Shown here: one piece after another, positions 1-11,582 of the stretch
Numbering within the stretch: the stretch's first letter is position 1
Layout: the number at the start of each line of letters is the position of its first letter
Translations under genes and position numbers: made by a program
Assembly: GCF_963921235.1 (NCBI RefSeq)
Contig: NC_086097.1
Location: 147,562,001 to 147,626,000, forward strand
DNA length: 64,000 nucleotides
Direction: 5' to 3'
DNA from: Mobula hypostoma
Lineage: Eukaryota
Notes under the pieces: model-generated
What the model was told of the DNA's origin: nothing
What the model saw: the letters and a program-made list of their open reading frames with translations, nothing else
Database searches by the model: none

Positions 1-200
1 TGAATCTTTGGAATTCATTGCCAAATACAGCTGTGCAGGCCAAGACCAAGGTTCTTGATTAATCAGGACATCAAAGGTCACAGTGAGAAGGCAGGAGAAT
101 AGGGTTGAGAGCAATAATAAATTAGCAATGATGGGATAACAGAGCAAATGTAATGGACTGAATGGCCTAACTCTACTCCTATGTCTCATGGTCTTATGGT
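1..200 (+). mobile_element. CR1-clade LINE 3' end fragment
   Basis: Ends in GAATGGCCTAACTCTACTCCTATGTCTCATGGTCTTATGGT, the same 3' tail as the many CR1 copies in this window. Confidence 0.8.
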
Positions 201-528
201 TAACCCATGGTCCTTCTATAGGGCGTGTGTATCCTAAAACTCAGTCAAACTACTGCAAACATATTGTCTGAGTGTATTACCACTCCCTGAAGGATATCTG
301 TCTGGATGACTGACATCAAAAAACCATAGCAGCAAGATCTGTCGCTTCTGCACTCATTGTTTTAGGTAACTTGATCATGATACTCTCAATCTCTACTCCT
401 TCTTCATCCTCTATGTATATACTACATTCTACATGCCTCTGTCCATCCTGAACTGATGACAATCCATCAACAAAAATCCTTAAGGAGAAAACTTCCAGTC
501 GCATGACTTTATTTTCTTCTCCTGATTT
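201..528 (-). pseudogene. pol: Retrovirus-like pol, RNase H domain fragment (frameshifted)
   Basis: ORF 316..504 reads RIFVDGLSS...KLPKTMSAEATDLAAM. After frameshifts it continues HPDRYP..GVVIHSDNM..VCSSLTE. This matches the retroviral RNase H pattern (xVDGSS / SAQxAELxA / IYSDS). Confidence 0.75.
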
Positions 529-803
529 TAACTAATTTGCCAGGGGGATGAGAACCGGAGTGATAATGCTGAAGACGAGATTGTTGGTTTACAAACAGAG
601 GCAATGTGTAGTGAGGCTCCTAGCAAGGAGAGGCTAATGATAGGGCAAGATTGCAGTCGACAGGATGAGTTGCAACATAAAAGGTGGACAGAATCTAAAA
701 GAGTGAATACAGGACTGAATGTGTTATATTTGCACAGTAAACAGAATAAGGTATATGAACTTATAGCACATATATGGATTGGCATGCATGATGTTGTAGG
801 GGC
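529..803 (+). mobile_element. CR1 fragment (ORF1/ORF2 junction, start of APE endonuclease)
   Basis: ORF 604..858 contains GLNVLYLHSKQNKVYELIAHIWIGMHDVVG, resembling the CR1 endonuclease N-terminus. It is cut at about 803 by the L1. Confidence 0.7.
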
Positions 804-3800
804 TGAAGGAACAGTGTTCCTTCTTTCATTACATTGCAAAGAACTGTTATTCCTTTAGCTGTCCAGTCCTTAAATCTAGCATCCAGTTTATTCAGCATAA
901 AATCCAAGTCATATGCACACCATTTAAGAATTACAATATCTCCCTCTAGTTTATATTCTTTTATAATAGTTTTCCATATTTTAAGAGTCCATTTCACCCG
1001 TGGATTATCAATAGTATTTATGTACCTTTATAGGTTGTTACCAGCCAAAATTGCCTGTATGGGGTTGGGAAGTATCCCCTCCTCAATGTTTTTCCATTGA
1101 GCGTCATATGATGGGTTGCACCAACATATCACAGCTCTCAACTGTGCTGCAAAATAATAATCTCTAAGAGAAGGTAGATCCCATCCCCCCTTTTCCTTGG
1201 CTAATTGCAAAGTTTTGAGACGAACCCTAGGCCTTTTACCTTGCCATATATATCTTGATAGCATCTTGTTCCATTCATTGAATTGATTTTGGTTAATCTC
1301 TATTGGTAGGGTCTGAAAGAGATATAGTAGTCTGGGCAGTATATTCATTTTAATAGATTCAATCCTTGAACTGAGACCAAGAAAAGGAATTAGGTTCCAT
1401 CTTGTTATATGTCCCTTAATTTTTTTATATATAGGCTGATAATTGTATTCGGATAATTTTGCCAAATCTTTTGGCAAAATGATGCCCAAATATTTGACGG
1501 ACTCTGTTTGCCATGCCCAAGGATATCTACTTTCAATTTCTCTTGGTGGGCAATAGTTATATGACAGTAGTTGGGTTTTATCTATGTTGATCTTGTATCC
1601 TGATAATTGGCCATATTGGTCAAAGGATTGCATCAATTTAGGTAAAGGGTATGTTGGTTGTCCTAGATAGATCAAAATGTCATCCGCGTAACAGGCCAAT
1701 TTATGCTCTGTCCCTTTAATAGTAATTCCCCTGGTATCTTCATTTTGTCTGATGTATTGACCTAATGGTTTCAGGTATAATGCGATGAGTAGCAGTGACC
1801 ATGCACAACCCTGTTTCGTGCCCCTTCCTAGGATAAAACTATTTGATAAATATCCATTGATTTTAATCCTAGCAGTAGGGTTGTCATATAGTGCCTGTAT
1901 AGTTTTGTGTCATGGAAACCAAATCTACGTAAAACTCTGTAAAGAAAATTCCAATTAACCGAATCAAATGCGTTTTCAGCGTCCACGCTTATCACTATTG
2001 CTTTGATTTTATTTTTTTTGTATATGATCCATAATGTGAAATGTCCTTTGTATATTGTCTCGTGTTTGGCGTTGTTGTATAAAACCTGTCTAATCCTTAT
2101 GTATCAGTATGGGTAGAAACTCTTCTAATCATTTGGCCACACTGGAAATAAATAATCTATAATCTACATTAAGAACGGATATTGGTCTAAATGACCCACA
2201 TTCCATTTTATCCTTGCCTTCTTTGGGTATAGCTGAGATTATCACTTCCTTCCAGCTGGGTAGCATTTGTGCCTTTTTTAGAGCCCAGTTCAGTGTGGGG
2301 AGTAAGACAGGAATTAACTCATTTTTAAATTCTTTGTACCACTCTGCCGTATACCCATCTGAACCTGGTGACTTGCTTAATTTAAGCCTACTCATTGCAG
2401 CTTTTAGTTCAACTTCAGTTATGTCAGCTATCATTGTTCTATTTTGTTCTTCGCTTAAAATGGGTAACTCCAGAGAATTCAGGAAAGTGTCAATTTGGGT
2501 TATGTTTCCCCCTGGGTCTTTGGAATATAGAGTTTTATAAAACACTTCGAAAGCTTCTTGAATTTCACTTAGCTTATTTTTTTATCATTATTGTTCTTGG
2601 ATCCCTAATTCTATGAATTGTATTTTTTGCTATCTTTTTCTTTAGTTTCCACGCCAGTACTTTCATAGATTTAGATCCACTTTCATAATGTCTCTATTTC
2701 AGAAACATTACATTTTTCCTGAATTCTCGCGTAGCCAAACTATTAATTTCATTCCTAATTTGTTAAATTTCCTCTAATGTATCCTGTGCCAAATCCAATT
2801 TGTGCTTTTTTTTCCCGAGATCCTTCAGTTTATTTCGTAATTCCTCTAAAGTTTTATTTCTTTTTTTTTCTCTCTGAAGATATCGCTATAATTTTCCCTC
2901 TTAAGATAGCCTTCAGAGTATCCCATAGAATGGGAGGTGAAACCTCTCCATGATCATTGAATTCTAAGTAAAGACCAATTTCTTTTTTTAATTTGTTCCT
3001 TAAAGTAGGGATCATTGAGTAGACTTGAATTTAGTTTCCAAAGAGTATTCTTTGGTTGTAGGTCAAAATCAACAGATAAATATATAGGTGCATGGTCACT
3101 TACATCTATTGTCCCAATTCCACAGGTGCTTATTTTGTCTTTGTCTTTTCCAAATATTGTGAAATAGTCTATTCTTAAAATTTTAGAAATTGTAGAGAAA
3201 ATAATTTCCAAAAATGTTTCAATACAGAACACAACCAAAACATTTGTGTTAATGTAACTGTCTCAGTTTTACAACTGTTACACCGACTATCAACATTAGG
3301 AAACATTTTAGACAGTCTTTCCTTTGTCAAATAGTAACGATGTACAATTTTAAATTGAATTAAAGAGTGACTGGCACAGATCGAAGAAGAGTTAACCAAC
3401 TTCAAAATCCGCAACCAATCCTCTGTTATCAAGGTCATGTTAAGCTCTCTCTCCCAATCTTGCTTAATCTTAAGTGAAGGGTAATTGTGCTGTTGTAACA
3501 ATAAATTATAAATTTTCCCAATAAAACCTTTCACTAAAGGGTTCATTTTTAAAATAATATCTAACAGGTCAGAATCCTATATAAATGGAAAATTACTTAA
3601 ATATTCTTGTAAGCAGTGTCTGACCCAAAGGTATTGCAGGAAATGTGAATACGAGAAAGAGTATTTAATTACTAATTTCTCAAAGGACATCAATCGACCA
3701 TCTTGGAACAGATCCATGAAGGAATAAATGGTATAATCCCTCAATATATTCATGGTATTTCTTTATCTGACCGACGTGTAATTGCATTTGTTACATTTAT

Positions 3801-6313
3801 TCCTCCAAAGAAGAAAGGTAGGATCACTTAATGAAGGTTTAAATAAATAATTTTAATTTCTAAAGTTTTAAAAATTAATTTACAACCTAATAAATTGACA
3901 GTTTTGTTTGGTATAATCCCTCAATATATTCATGGTATTTCTCTATTTGACTGACATGTAACTGCATTTGTTACATTATCGGCCAGAAGGGCGATTTTGT
4001 TGAAATGGAAAGATGCTTCTGCTCCTACTTTGATACAATGGTTCTCTCAGCTGATGCTATGTCTTAGGTTGGGGAAAATCAGAAGTCGAACTTTTGTTCC
4101 TCGATTTGATTTTGAGAAAAGGTGGGGTTCATTTGCCCGCTACTATCATCTGATTTGAGTTAATTAATATGGTTTCCTTCCAATTTTTGTTTAAATGGAT
4201 TTGAGTTGGTGGATTGATGTTTTTCTTTTATGGAAGCTTGTATGACGTATAGCTCCGGGGTTGTGCTCCCAATGGAGTTTTTTTTCATTTTTTTTTTAGT
4301 TAGTAGGTTTTTTTTCTCTTAGTAGGGGTTCTTTTTTTTCTTTCTTTTTTCTTTCAAAAAATATTCTTAACACTTTATTTTTTCTTATTATTGTTGATAT
4401 ATTGCTTAGCTTTGTTAATCAGTTATTTGCTAATTTAGTTCTTCATTGTACATATTGATATATTGACTTGATTACCTTAATGTATTTTTGCTGATCTTTA
4501 ATAATAATTAATAAAAGGATTTTAAAAATGAAAATGAAATAGTCTGTTCTTGTATATACAGAATGGGGGACAGAATAATGAGTGTAATCCCTTCTGTCGG
4601 GGAAAAAGTCCCTCCATATATCAATTAAACCAACATCCTCAAAAAGTGTATTAACTCTCTTCTTATGTAAGGATTTTGTTTCATAGTTTTTTCTATTGGA
4701 AGAGTCTAACTTTGGATGTAATTGTAGTTTTAAGTCTCCTCCATATATCAGGAGACCTTCTGTTTCCGTTACCATAATATTAGTAATTTTCTGAAAAAAA
4801 CTAATATTGCTTCCTGGGGGTGCGTATATATTCAATAGAGTAACTGAATTTCCATCTATATTCCCCATTACCAGAATATATCTGCCCTCCTTATCTCCCA
4901 TTTCAAATACTTTTTCAAAATTTAGCTTGCTTGAGATAAGAATAGCAACTCCTCTCCTATGTCCTGATTTATATGAGGAGAAAAACAAATTAGTGAAGCC
5001 CATTCTCTTTAGTTTTCCATGCTCATTATCACTTACGTGAGATTCCTGTAAATATACTACATGGGCTTGCTCTTTTTTTCATTTTGGATAGAACTTTGAT
5101 TGGAATTAACAGCCCATTGACATTAAAAGAAATGAATTTTACTTTGTCCTTAGCCATATGTATTTATCTGTCAATATATCATTGAAATTAGCTGAATAAA
5201 ACTTAATCGATCGACTCCCTGAACAAATAAGAACCAAGAAACATGAATAATAAAAAAGGCAATGACGGTGTGATTCCAAGGCTGAGGTCTCTAGTAGATG
5301 ACCCCGGTTTGAGCTGGAGGGAACGTCTAGCAGTGGGGGATAGCCCCAACTCCCTGTGAGTTGGGGGTCCCATTACAGTACCTATAAAAGTAAGTGAACA
5401 AGTCTATGTCCATTACACAGAAAAGATTTCCCTGTGTATTCCTCCCATATATATATTCTCATTTAGGTGGGGAAAAAGGAGTGAATGAATAAATTTTAAA
5501 AAATTGAGTAATATAAAATCCACATTATAATAAGTATTTCTTGAAATAGGTATAGCACCGTCTATTTTTGCTTCCGTTTATCTTATCAACAGTTTTAAAG
5601 TTAGCCAAATCTAATGGCTCTTCTGGAGGGGGTGAGGGCTGTCTTTGGAAAATTCACAGCCTATTCCTGATATTCTCTCGCCCTCTTCCCGCCCCCTGCT
5701 TTCTCGGTTCTCTTACTATTTCCCAAGCAGCTTGGGATAACTGCTCAGCCAGGCTTTCCCTCGGTTTGATCATGCTGACAGGCAACCCTCTGTTCCTCAT
5801 GTCTGTAGTCACCTCTTCCACTGTCTGATACAGTTGTATACTATCTTCATAAAACACCCGCAGTTTAGCAGGGTACGGAGTTTGGAATCTAATCTTTCCT
5901 TGCTTTAATATTTGCTTTACCGCAGGGTATTCTTTATGCTTCTGCAGGACTTCTAGGGGTAATCTTGATCGAAATATATTAATTTCCCATCCAAAAACAC
6001 CCTCTTCTCACCCCAGGCCCCTCGTAGAATATCTGCCTTGGTATTGTATCAAAGGAATCTAATTTTTATAGAATGTGGCTTATCTTTTCTGTCTCCAGTA
6101 GGCCTTGGGACAAGCGCACAATGCGCCATGTCAATTTCAAGCTCCATAGTGGAGGGAAATTCTAGCGCGTCCCGCAGCAACTTTCCTACAAACTCCAACA
6201 TAGACAAACCCTCCGCTCCTTCGGGAACATTGTATATCTTGATATTTTTCTATCGTGATCTTCCCTCCTGGTCAATCAGTTTACTTTCTTGTTGATTTAA
6301 TATTTTTATTGTC
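804..6313 (-). mobile_element. Old degenerate L1 (ORF2 and 3' part of ORF1), 3'-truncated
   Basis: Minus-strand ORF pieces: YADD RT (1028..1699), KSPGSDG..FRPISVLNVDY (2129..2545), VSDHAP (2954..3238), endonuclease NIYAP..GGDL (4443..5003) and ORF1 C-terminus (5654..5857). Many stops and frameshifts. Confidence 0.92.
3177..4534 (+). mobile_element. 5'-truncated, 5'-inverted L1 3' fragment inserted in the old L1 endonuclease
   Basis: TSD TGAAATAGTCT(A/G)TTCTT at 3160-3176 and 4535-4551. 3177-~3856 is antisense ORF2 including the C-terminal Cys/His knuckle (ORF 3175..3546). ~3857-4534 is sense (ARRAILLKWK...), then 3'UTR and an A-rich tail. Confidence 0.88.
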
Positions 6314-6355
6314 GGGGGGGGGGACTTCCGGGTCATCAAGGGAATGGCGGCGTAA
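6314..6355 (+). promoter_or_regulatory. Putative L1 internal promoter start (ETS-like ACTTCCGG and YY1-like AATGGCGGC)
   Basis: GGGACTTCCGGGTCATCAAGGGAATGGCGGCG at the element's 5' end. A similar GTTCTGG..TCATC..GAATGGCAG lies at the 5' end of the old L1 (minus strand, ~12555-12588). Confidence 0.5.
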
Positions 6356-6453
6356 GGAAAAGGTCTCTCGACAAAAAAGAAGGTAAACTGCCCCAAAATC
6401 GAATTTAGACAAATACTTAATATTGCATAACTATATTAATAAAAGGGGCAAGG

Positions 6454-7431
6454 ATGATGTCCAAGAACAAGAATAAAAAGTCCACTTCGAAGGCTGATAA
6501 ACATAAAGAGATGCAGCAAGGCGACGGGCCTAGCTCCCCCACGGCAAGCCAGGACGGAGATAATGAGGGGGAATCGGTGACTCTGTCTTTGATTCTCGGA
6601 GAGATTCGCGAGTTCCGACAAGATAACAGCAAACAGCTGGAAGATATTAAAGGAGAAATAGTAAAAACTAACTCGCGGATAGATGAAGCCGAAGCGAGGA
6701 TTGTTGGAATTGAAGAGAAGCTACAAAACGCCGAGGAAGTGACAGCAGAAATGCTGAAGCTACAAGACCAGCTCCAGTGGAAACTAATAGATCAAAAAGG
6801 TCGCTCGAGAAGGGAAAATGTGAGGATCTACGGAGTTCCCGAAGGAAAACCCGGATTGATGATTCCCTTCATGGAGAAGCTGCTTAGAGAGAACCTTGAT
6901 ATACCGGCCGCAAAAGACCTACAGATAGAAAGGGCTCACCGCGCGTTGGCACCACAGCCTCCGGCAGGCGCCCAGCCCAGATCGATTATGATCAGATTTC
7001 TCAGTTACAGAACGAAGGAAGAGGTGCTTAAAAGAGCATGGCAAAAGAAAGGTTTCATGTGGAACAACTGCAAAATCAGTTTAGACCACGACTACGCACC
7101 GGGGATTCTTGCCAGACGGAAGGAATATACGGAAACTCGGAGAGTCCTGAAGGAAAACAACATCAGATTCCAGACCCTGTATCCAGCTTGGCTGAGAGTC
7201 TTTTACGACGAAGGGACAAAAACTTATGCTACGGTGGAGGAGGCAACGTTGGACCTGGCGGACCGGGGACTACCTATTAAAGTTATCACCCAACCGGAGT
7301 CGCTACTGGAGAGGATTCGGCAGAAGTCGTGGCAGTTAGTGGGGCGAGGACGCTCCACTCGAACCAGAGTGTCAAACTACAAGGAAAAGCTGCAAATATT
7401 CAGACGCGAATGTACAGAGAATACAGATTAA
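6454..7431 (+). CDS. ORF1: L1 ORF1p (coiled coil, RRM, CTD; Transposase_22-like RNA-binding protein)
   Basis: 325 aa with a heptad region, GRSRRENVRIYGVPE, IERAHR, PRSIMIRF and YPAWLRV motifs. Confidence 0.93.
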   Translation: MMSKNKNKKSTSKADKHKEMQQGDGPSSPTASQDGDNEGESVTLSLILGEIREFRQDNSKQLEDIKGEIVKTNSRIDEAEARIVGIEEKLQNAEEVTAEMLKLQDQLQWKLIDQKGRSRRENVRIYGVPEGKPGLMIPFMEKLLRENLDIPAAKDLQIERAHRALAPQPPAGAQPRSIMIRFLSYRTKEEVLKRAWQKKGFMWNNCKISLDHDYAPGILARRKEYTETRRVLKENNIRFQTLYPAWLRVFYDEGTKTYATVEEATLDLADRGLPIKVITQPESLLERIRQKSWQLVGRGRSTRTRVSNYKEKLQIFRRECTENTD

Positions 7432-7793
7432 TTAAGAGAAATGACTGAAAAGAGTAAATCGGACTTAAAAGTAAAATGAAAACTGGTAACTGAAAATAAA
7501 CTAGGCGGAATAACTTGAATGATAGCAATATGGTCGAGACATAAATAGGAGAAAATTCTCTATGATTATTCAAACTGCTGAGGGCCCTCTAACACAGGGT
7601 GAAGATAGAGGTTATCCTTCTGAACTGAGGCGGGTCGGTGCTCAGGCCTCACTGTGGGAAGTCGGGAAAAATTTTCAAATGTTTTACGTTCAGAAATGTC
7701 TGGGGTGTGGTTATATGTCTTGGTTTACTGTTGAGAAGGGATTGCTTACTGTTTGGTTAGAAAAGGAGAGTGCTTTTTTTCTACTAGAGAAAA

Positions 7794-10700
7794 ATGCAAA
7801 CTGAATTGGTAAAAATAATTTCCTATAATGTTAATGGGGTTTTGAATCCAATTAAAAGAAATAAGATTATGTCTAAATTGAGAAAAGAGAGGGCACAAAT
7901 AGCTTTCCTCCAGGAAACACATATGAGCCAATCTGAACATGGAAAATTAAAAAGAATGGGCTTTAAGCATGTATTTTATTCATCATATAAATTGAGTCAC
8001 AAAAGAGGGGTAGCTACTTTAATATCAAGTACTCTTAATTATGAACATATTTCAGAGACTAGAGACAAAGAAGGACGGTTTGTAAAAATCACAGGAAGAA
8101 TAGAAGGTACAGAAATAACATTGCTGAATGTTTATGCTCCTCCAGGTAGTGAATGGTCATTTTATAGACACATTTTTGACCTAATGGTCAGTTCTCGAGG
8201 GGTAGCAATTTGTGGAGGGGATTTTAATATTAGATTAAATCCTATAGTAGATTCTTCAAGAATAGTTACTCAGAATAAACCTCTGACTCGGAAAGTGAAT
8301 TCATTGATGGAGGAGTTGGGAATTATAGATGTCTGGAGGGAATTACACCCTACTAGTAAAGATTATACATATTACTCTTTCCCTTATTCAGCCTATTCAA
8401 GGATAGACTATTTCTTTATCTTTAATACAGATAGACTCAGGATAAAAAACTGTAATATTGCAACAATTGATCTGTCGGAACATAGCCCAGTCTCTATGTC
8501 TCTAATCCTGGAAAGGAAAATGAGGAAAACACTATGGAGGCTAAACTCACATATACTCAATAACCCGAAAGTAATGGAGAGATTAAGGGGAGAAATCAAA
8601 GAATATCTAGACCTTAATGACACGGGAGAAACATCACCAGTGATTTTATGGGATACATTGAAAGCTGTACTGAGAGGGAAAATTATTTCCATTACTACTC
8701 ACATGAAAAAAATCAATGCACAAAAATTAGCAGACCTTCAAGGAAAATTAAAACAACTTCAAGTTGTAGATAGCAACAAAAGTAATTTAAATCGAAAACA
8801 GGAAATTAGGAAATTGCAAAGTGAAATTGATGATATTTATACGTTGGAAACTCAAAGAAATTTTCTTTACCTGAGACAAAAGAATTATGAAGTAGGAGGT
8901 AAATCAGCTAGACTATTAGCATATAAATTACGAAAACAACAAGCAGACAATACAATTCCTAAAATAAAGAATCCAAAGACAAAGCTTGTGGAGAGTACAA
9001 TAGGGAAAATTCAAGAGAGTTTTGAAACATATTATCGAGAGCTGTACTCCCAACCCCGGGCCCCCAATGAGCCCTATATAGACAGTGTATTGAATTTTTT
9101 AGATCTACCTAAACTTACAGATTTACAAAATGAAAGTTTATTAGAACCAGTAACTGTCAAAGAACTGAATGTGGCCATCTCTAGGTTAAAGGCTGGAAAG
9201 TCCCCGGGTTCTGATGGGTTTACCTCAGAGTGGTACAAGTCCCTGAAGACACAGTTAGCCCCATTACTACTTAACACCTTTAATTGGATCTTGCAGAGAG
9301 GAGAAACTCCACCTTCCTGGAGAGAAGCGATTATTTCAGTTATTCCTAAAGAGGGTAAAGATAAACTAGAATGTGGCAATTATCGGCCAATTAGTGTTCT
9401 TAATTTAGATTACAAACTATTTACATCTATATTAGCGCGCAGATTGGAAAAGCTTTTACCTGGCCTAATCCATTTAGACCAGACTGGATTTATTCAACAA
9501 AGACAAACACAGGACAACATCAGGAGAACTCTGCACATATTAGAACAGGTTAATAAGAACGAGACAGAGACAATGGTAGTAGGATTGGACGCTGAGAAAG
9601 CTTTTGATTCGGTTAGTTGGGCATTCCTATACAGAGTGTTAGGAAGATTCGGCTTTCAAGAAAGGTTTATTAAAGTAATTCAGACTCTATATGACAGCCC
9701 TACAGCCCGAATTAAGATACATGGGGACCTCTCTGACTCCTTCATTTTGGAGAGAGGCACTAGACAGGGATGCCCAATTTCTCCTCTCCTTTTTGCGCTA
9801 TATATTGAACCACTTGCCCAACTAATAAGACAGAGCGAAATCGTAAAAGGTATCAAGGTGGCAGGGATTGAACAGAAAGTGGCGTTATTCGCAGATGATG
9901 TTTTGGTCTATCTGAGTGAACCAGAAAAATCATTTATAGGATTGTTTACACTGTTGGATGACTTTGGGAAAATATCAGGTTATAAAATAAATGTAAAGAA
10001 AACGCAGGTTATGTCCCTAAATTATACACCATCCAAAAAATTGCAGGATACATACGATCTTAAGTGGGAAGCTAAATCATTAAAATATTTAGGAATAACC
10101 CTGCCGAAGGATCTTTCAACACTGTCACAGGTAAATTATGGGCCATTAATCTCAGAGATAAAAGCAGATATGCATAGATGGAATCTTATCCCCCTTTTAA
10201 GTTTAAATTCAAGGATAAATACTATAAAAATGAATATTCTTCCTCGGTTATTATATCTTTTCTGTACTTTACCAGTGGAGGTGGATGATAATCAATTCAG
10301 GGAATGGGACAAATGGATTTCCCGTTTCATTTGGCAAGGAAGGAAACCTAGAATTCGATATAACACCTTACAGTTAGGGAAGGAAGGAGGAGGTATGGTT
10401 CTTTCTTGCCTGAGAAATTATTTTTATGCCTCACAGATAACCCCTCTGTTATATTGGTGTAATAGGGAATATAAGGCTAGATGGAAGGAAATAGAATTTG
10501 GATTAGTTGACAGTTTTCCTCTTCAGGCCTCAATAGCTGACAAAGGATTGATGGCCCAGTTGGAAAAATTTAATAATGCTTGGATAAATCTTACATTAAA
10601 AGTATGGCAGAAGGTGGTTAATTCATGTGGAATTAATAACATGTTAAAACTCTTTAGATGGTGTGCATATGATACCGAATTCCTTCCCAACAGAGGAGAT

Positions 10701-11582
10701 AAAAGATTTGAGCTATGGATAAAGGAAGGTCTTACAACCTACCTCTCATTTATAGATAAAAGAGTATTACAAAGTTTCCAAATCCTGCAGGACAAACATG
10801 GCCTAGAACATAATGACTTTTTTAGGTACCTTCAAATACGAAACTATGTTAACCAGAGTTGTAGATATACAGACCTATCAACAGTAGAATTAGAATTTTT
10901 CAAGATTCTGAATTCGGCTTGCAGTTCAATACCTAGTAAATCAGTTTCTCGCCTATATAATGCACTCTCCCATGCTAAAAATGTAAATACACTGTATATT
11001 AAAGAGAAGTGGGAGAAAGAAGCGGGGTTGGTACTTTCAGAGGAGGCTTGGGGGAAAATCTGCTGCTTTCAATGGTCCTCGACTAATTCTTTGACTTGGA
11101 GAGAACATTGTTGGAAAAACATTATAAGATACTTCAAGACCCCATATCAGGAAAAATATAAAGATACAAATGTGATGTGTTGGAGAAGGTGTGGCTCCAA
11201 GGAGGCAAATCATTTTCATATTTTCTGGGATTGCCCTAAATTAAGTCTATTTTGGGAAGGTATTCATAGAACATTAGTTAAGGTACTTAGGTCCCAGATA
11301 CCTCTGAACTTTGACACGCTCTATTTGGGGCATGTATTGTTCCTTGAACAGAAGGAAGATATAAAGTTGCTGCAGGCCCTCTTAGCGGCAAGTAAGAAAT
11401 CAATCACTAGAAAATGGCTAAATCCAATACCACCTACATTAGAAGATTGGTACGAAATTATCTTGGAAATATTTAAAATGGAAAAGTTGACTTACTCCCT
11501 GAGAACTCAAAAAGAAACATTTTATCAAAGCTGGAATAAATGGATTGAATATATAACCCCAATGCGAGCAGACTTTAGATGA
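7794..11582 (+). CDS. ORF2: L1 ORF2p (APE endonuclease, reverse transcriptase, C-terminal Cys/His knuckle)
   Basis: 1262 aa: SYNVNG, LQETH, GGDFN, SRIDY, SEH (canonically SDH); LDAEKAFD, GTRQGCPISP, FADD; CWRRC..HIFWDC. Confidence 0.97.
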   Translation: MQTELVKIISYNVNGVLNPIKRNKIMSKLRKERAQIAFLQETHMSQSEHGKLKRMGFKHVFYSSYKLSHKRGVATLISSTLNYEHISETRDKEGRFVKITGRIEGTEITLLNVYAPPGSEWSFYRHIFDLMVSSRGVAICGGDFNIRLNPIVDSSRIVTQNKPLTRKVNSLMEELGIIDVWRELHPTSKDYTYYSFPYSAYSRIDYFFIFNTDRLRIKNCNIATIDLSEHSPVSMSLILERKMRKTLWRLNSHILNNPKVMERLRGEIKEYLDLNDTGETSPVILWDTLKAVLRGKIISITTHMKKINAQKLADLQGKLKQLQVVDSNKSNLNRKQEIRKLQSEIDDIYTLETQRNFLYLRQKNYEVGGKSARLLAYKLRKQQADNTIPKIKNPKTKLVESTIGKIQESFETYYRELYSQPRAPNEPYIDSVLNFLDLPKLTDLQNESLLEPVTVKELNVAISRLKAGKSPGSDGFTSEWYKSLKTQLAPLLLNTFNWILQRGETPPSWREAIISVIPKEGKDKLECGNYRPISVLNLDYKLFTSILARRLEKLLPGLIHLDQTGFIQQRQTQDNIRRTLHILEQVNKNETETMVVGLDAEKAFDSVSWAFLYRVLGRFGFQERFIKVIQTLYDSPTARIKIHGDLSDSFILERGTRQGCPISPLLFALYIEPLAQLIRQSEIVKGIKVAGIEQKVALFADDVLVYLSEPEKSFIGLFTLLDDFGKISGYKINVKKTQVMSLNYTPSKKLQDTYDLKWEAKSLKYLGITLPKDLSTLSQVNYGPLISEIKADMHRWNLIPLLSLNSRINTIKMNILPRLLYLFCTLPVEVDDNQFREWDKWISRFIWQGRKPRIRYNTLQLGKEGGGMVLSCLRNYFYASQITPLLYWCNREYKARWKEIEFGLVDSFPLQASIADKGLMAQLEKFNNAWINLTLKVWQKVVNSCGINNMLKLFRWCAYDTEFLPNRGDKRFELWIKEGLTTYLSFIDKRVLQSFQILQDKHGLEHNDFFRYLQIRNYVNQSCRYTDLSTVELEFFKILNSACSSIPSKSVSRLYNALSHAKNVNTLYIKEKWEKEAGLVLSEEAWGKICCFQWSSTNSLTWREHCWKNIIRYFKTPYQEKYKDTNVMCWRRCGSKEANHFHIFWDCPKLSLFWEGIHRTLVKVLRSQIPLNFDTLYLGHVLFLEQKEDIKLLQALLAASKKSITRKWLNPIPPTLEDWYEIILEIFKMEKLTYSLRTQKETFYQSWNKWIEYITPMRADFR

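Noticed and set aside
6417..6632. Antisense ORFs over the L1 ORF1 start (ORF0-like?)
   Set aside because: They are shadow frames of ORF1 with no independent evidence.
7562..7804. 80-aa ORF in the L1 spacer overlapping the ORF2 start codon
   Set aside because: No recognisable motif and no matching ORF in the old L1 spacer. Probably incidental, though a uORF role is not excluded.
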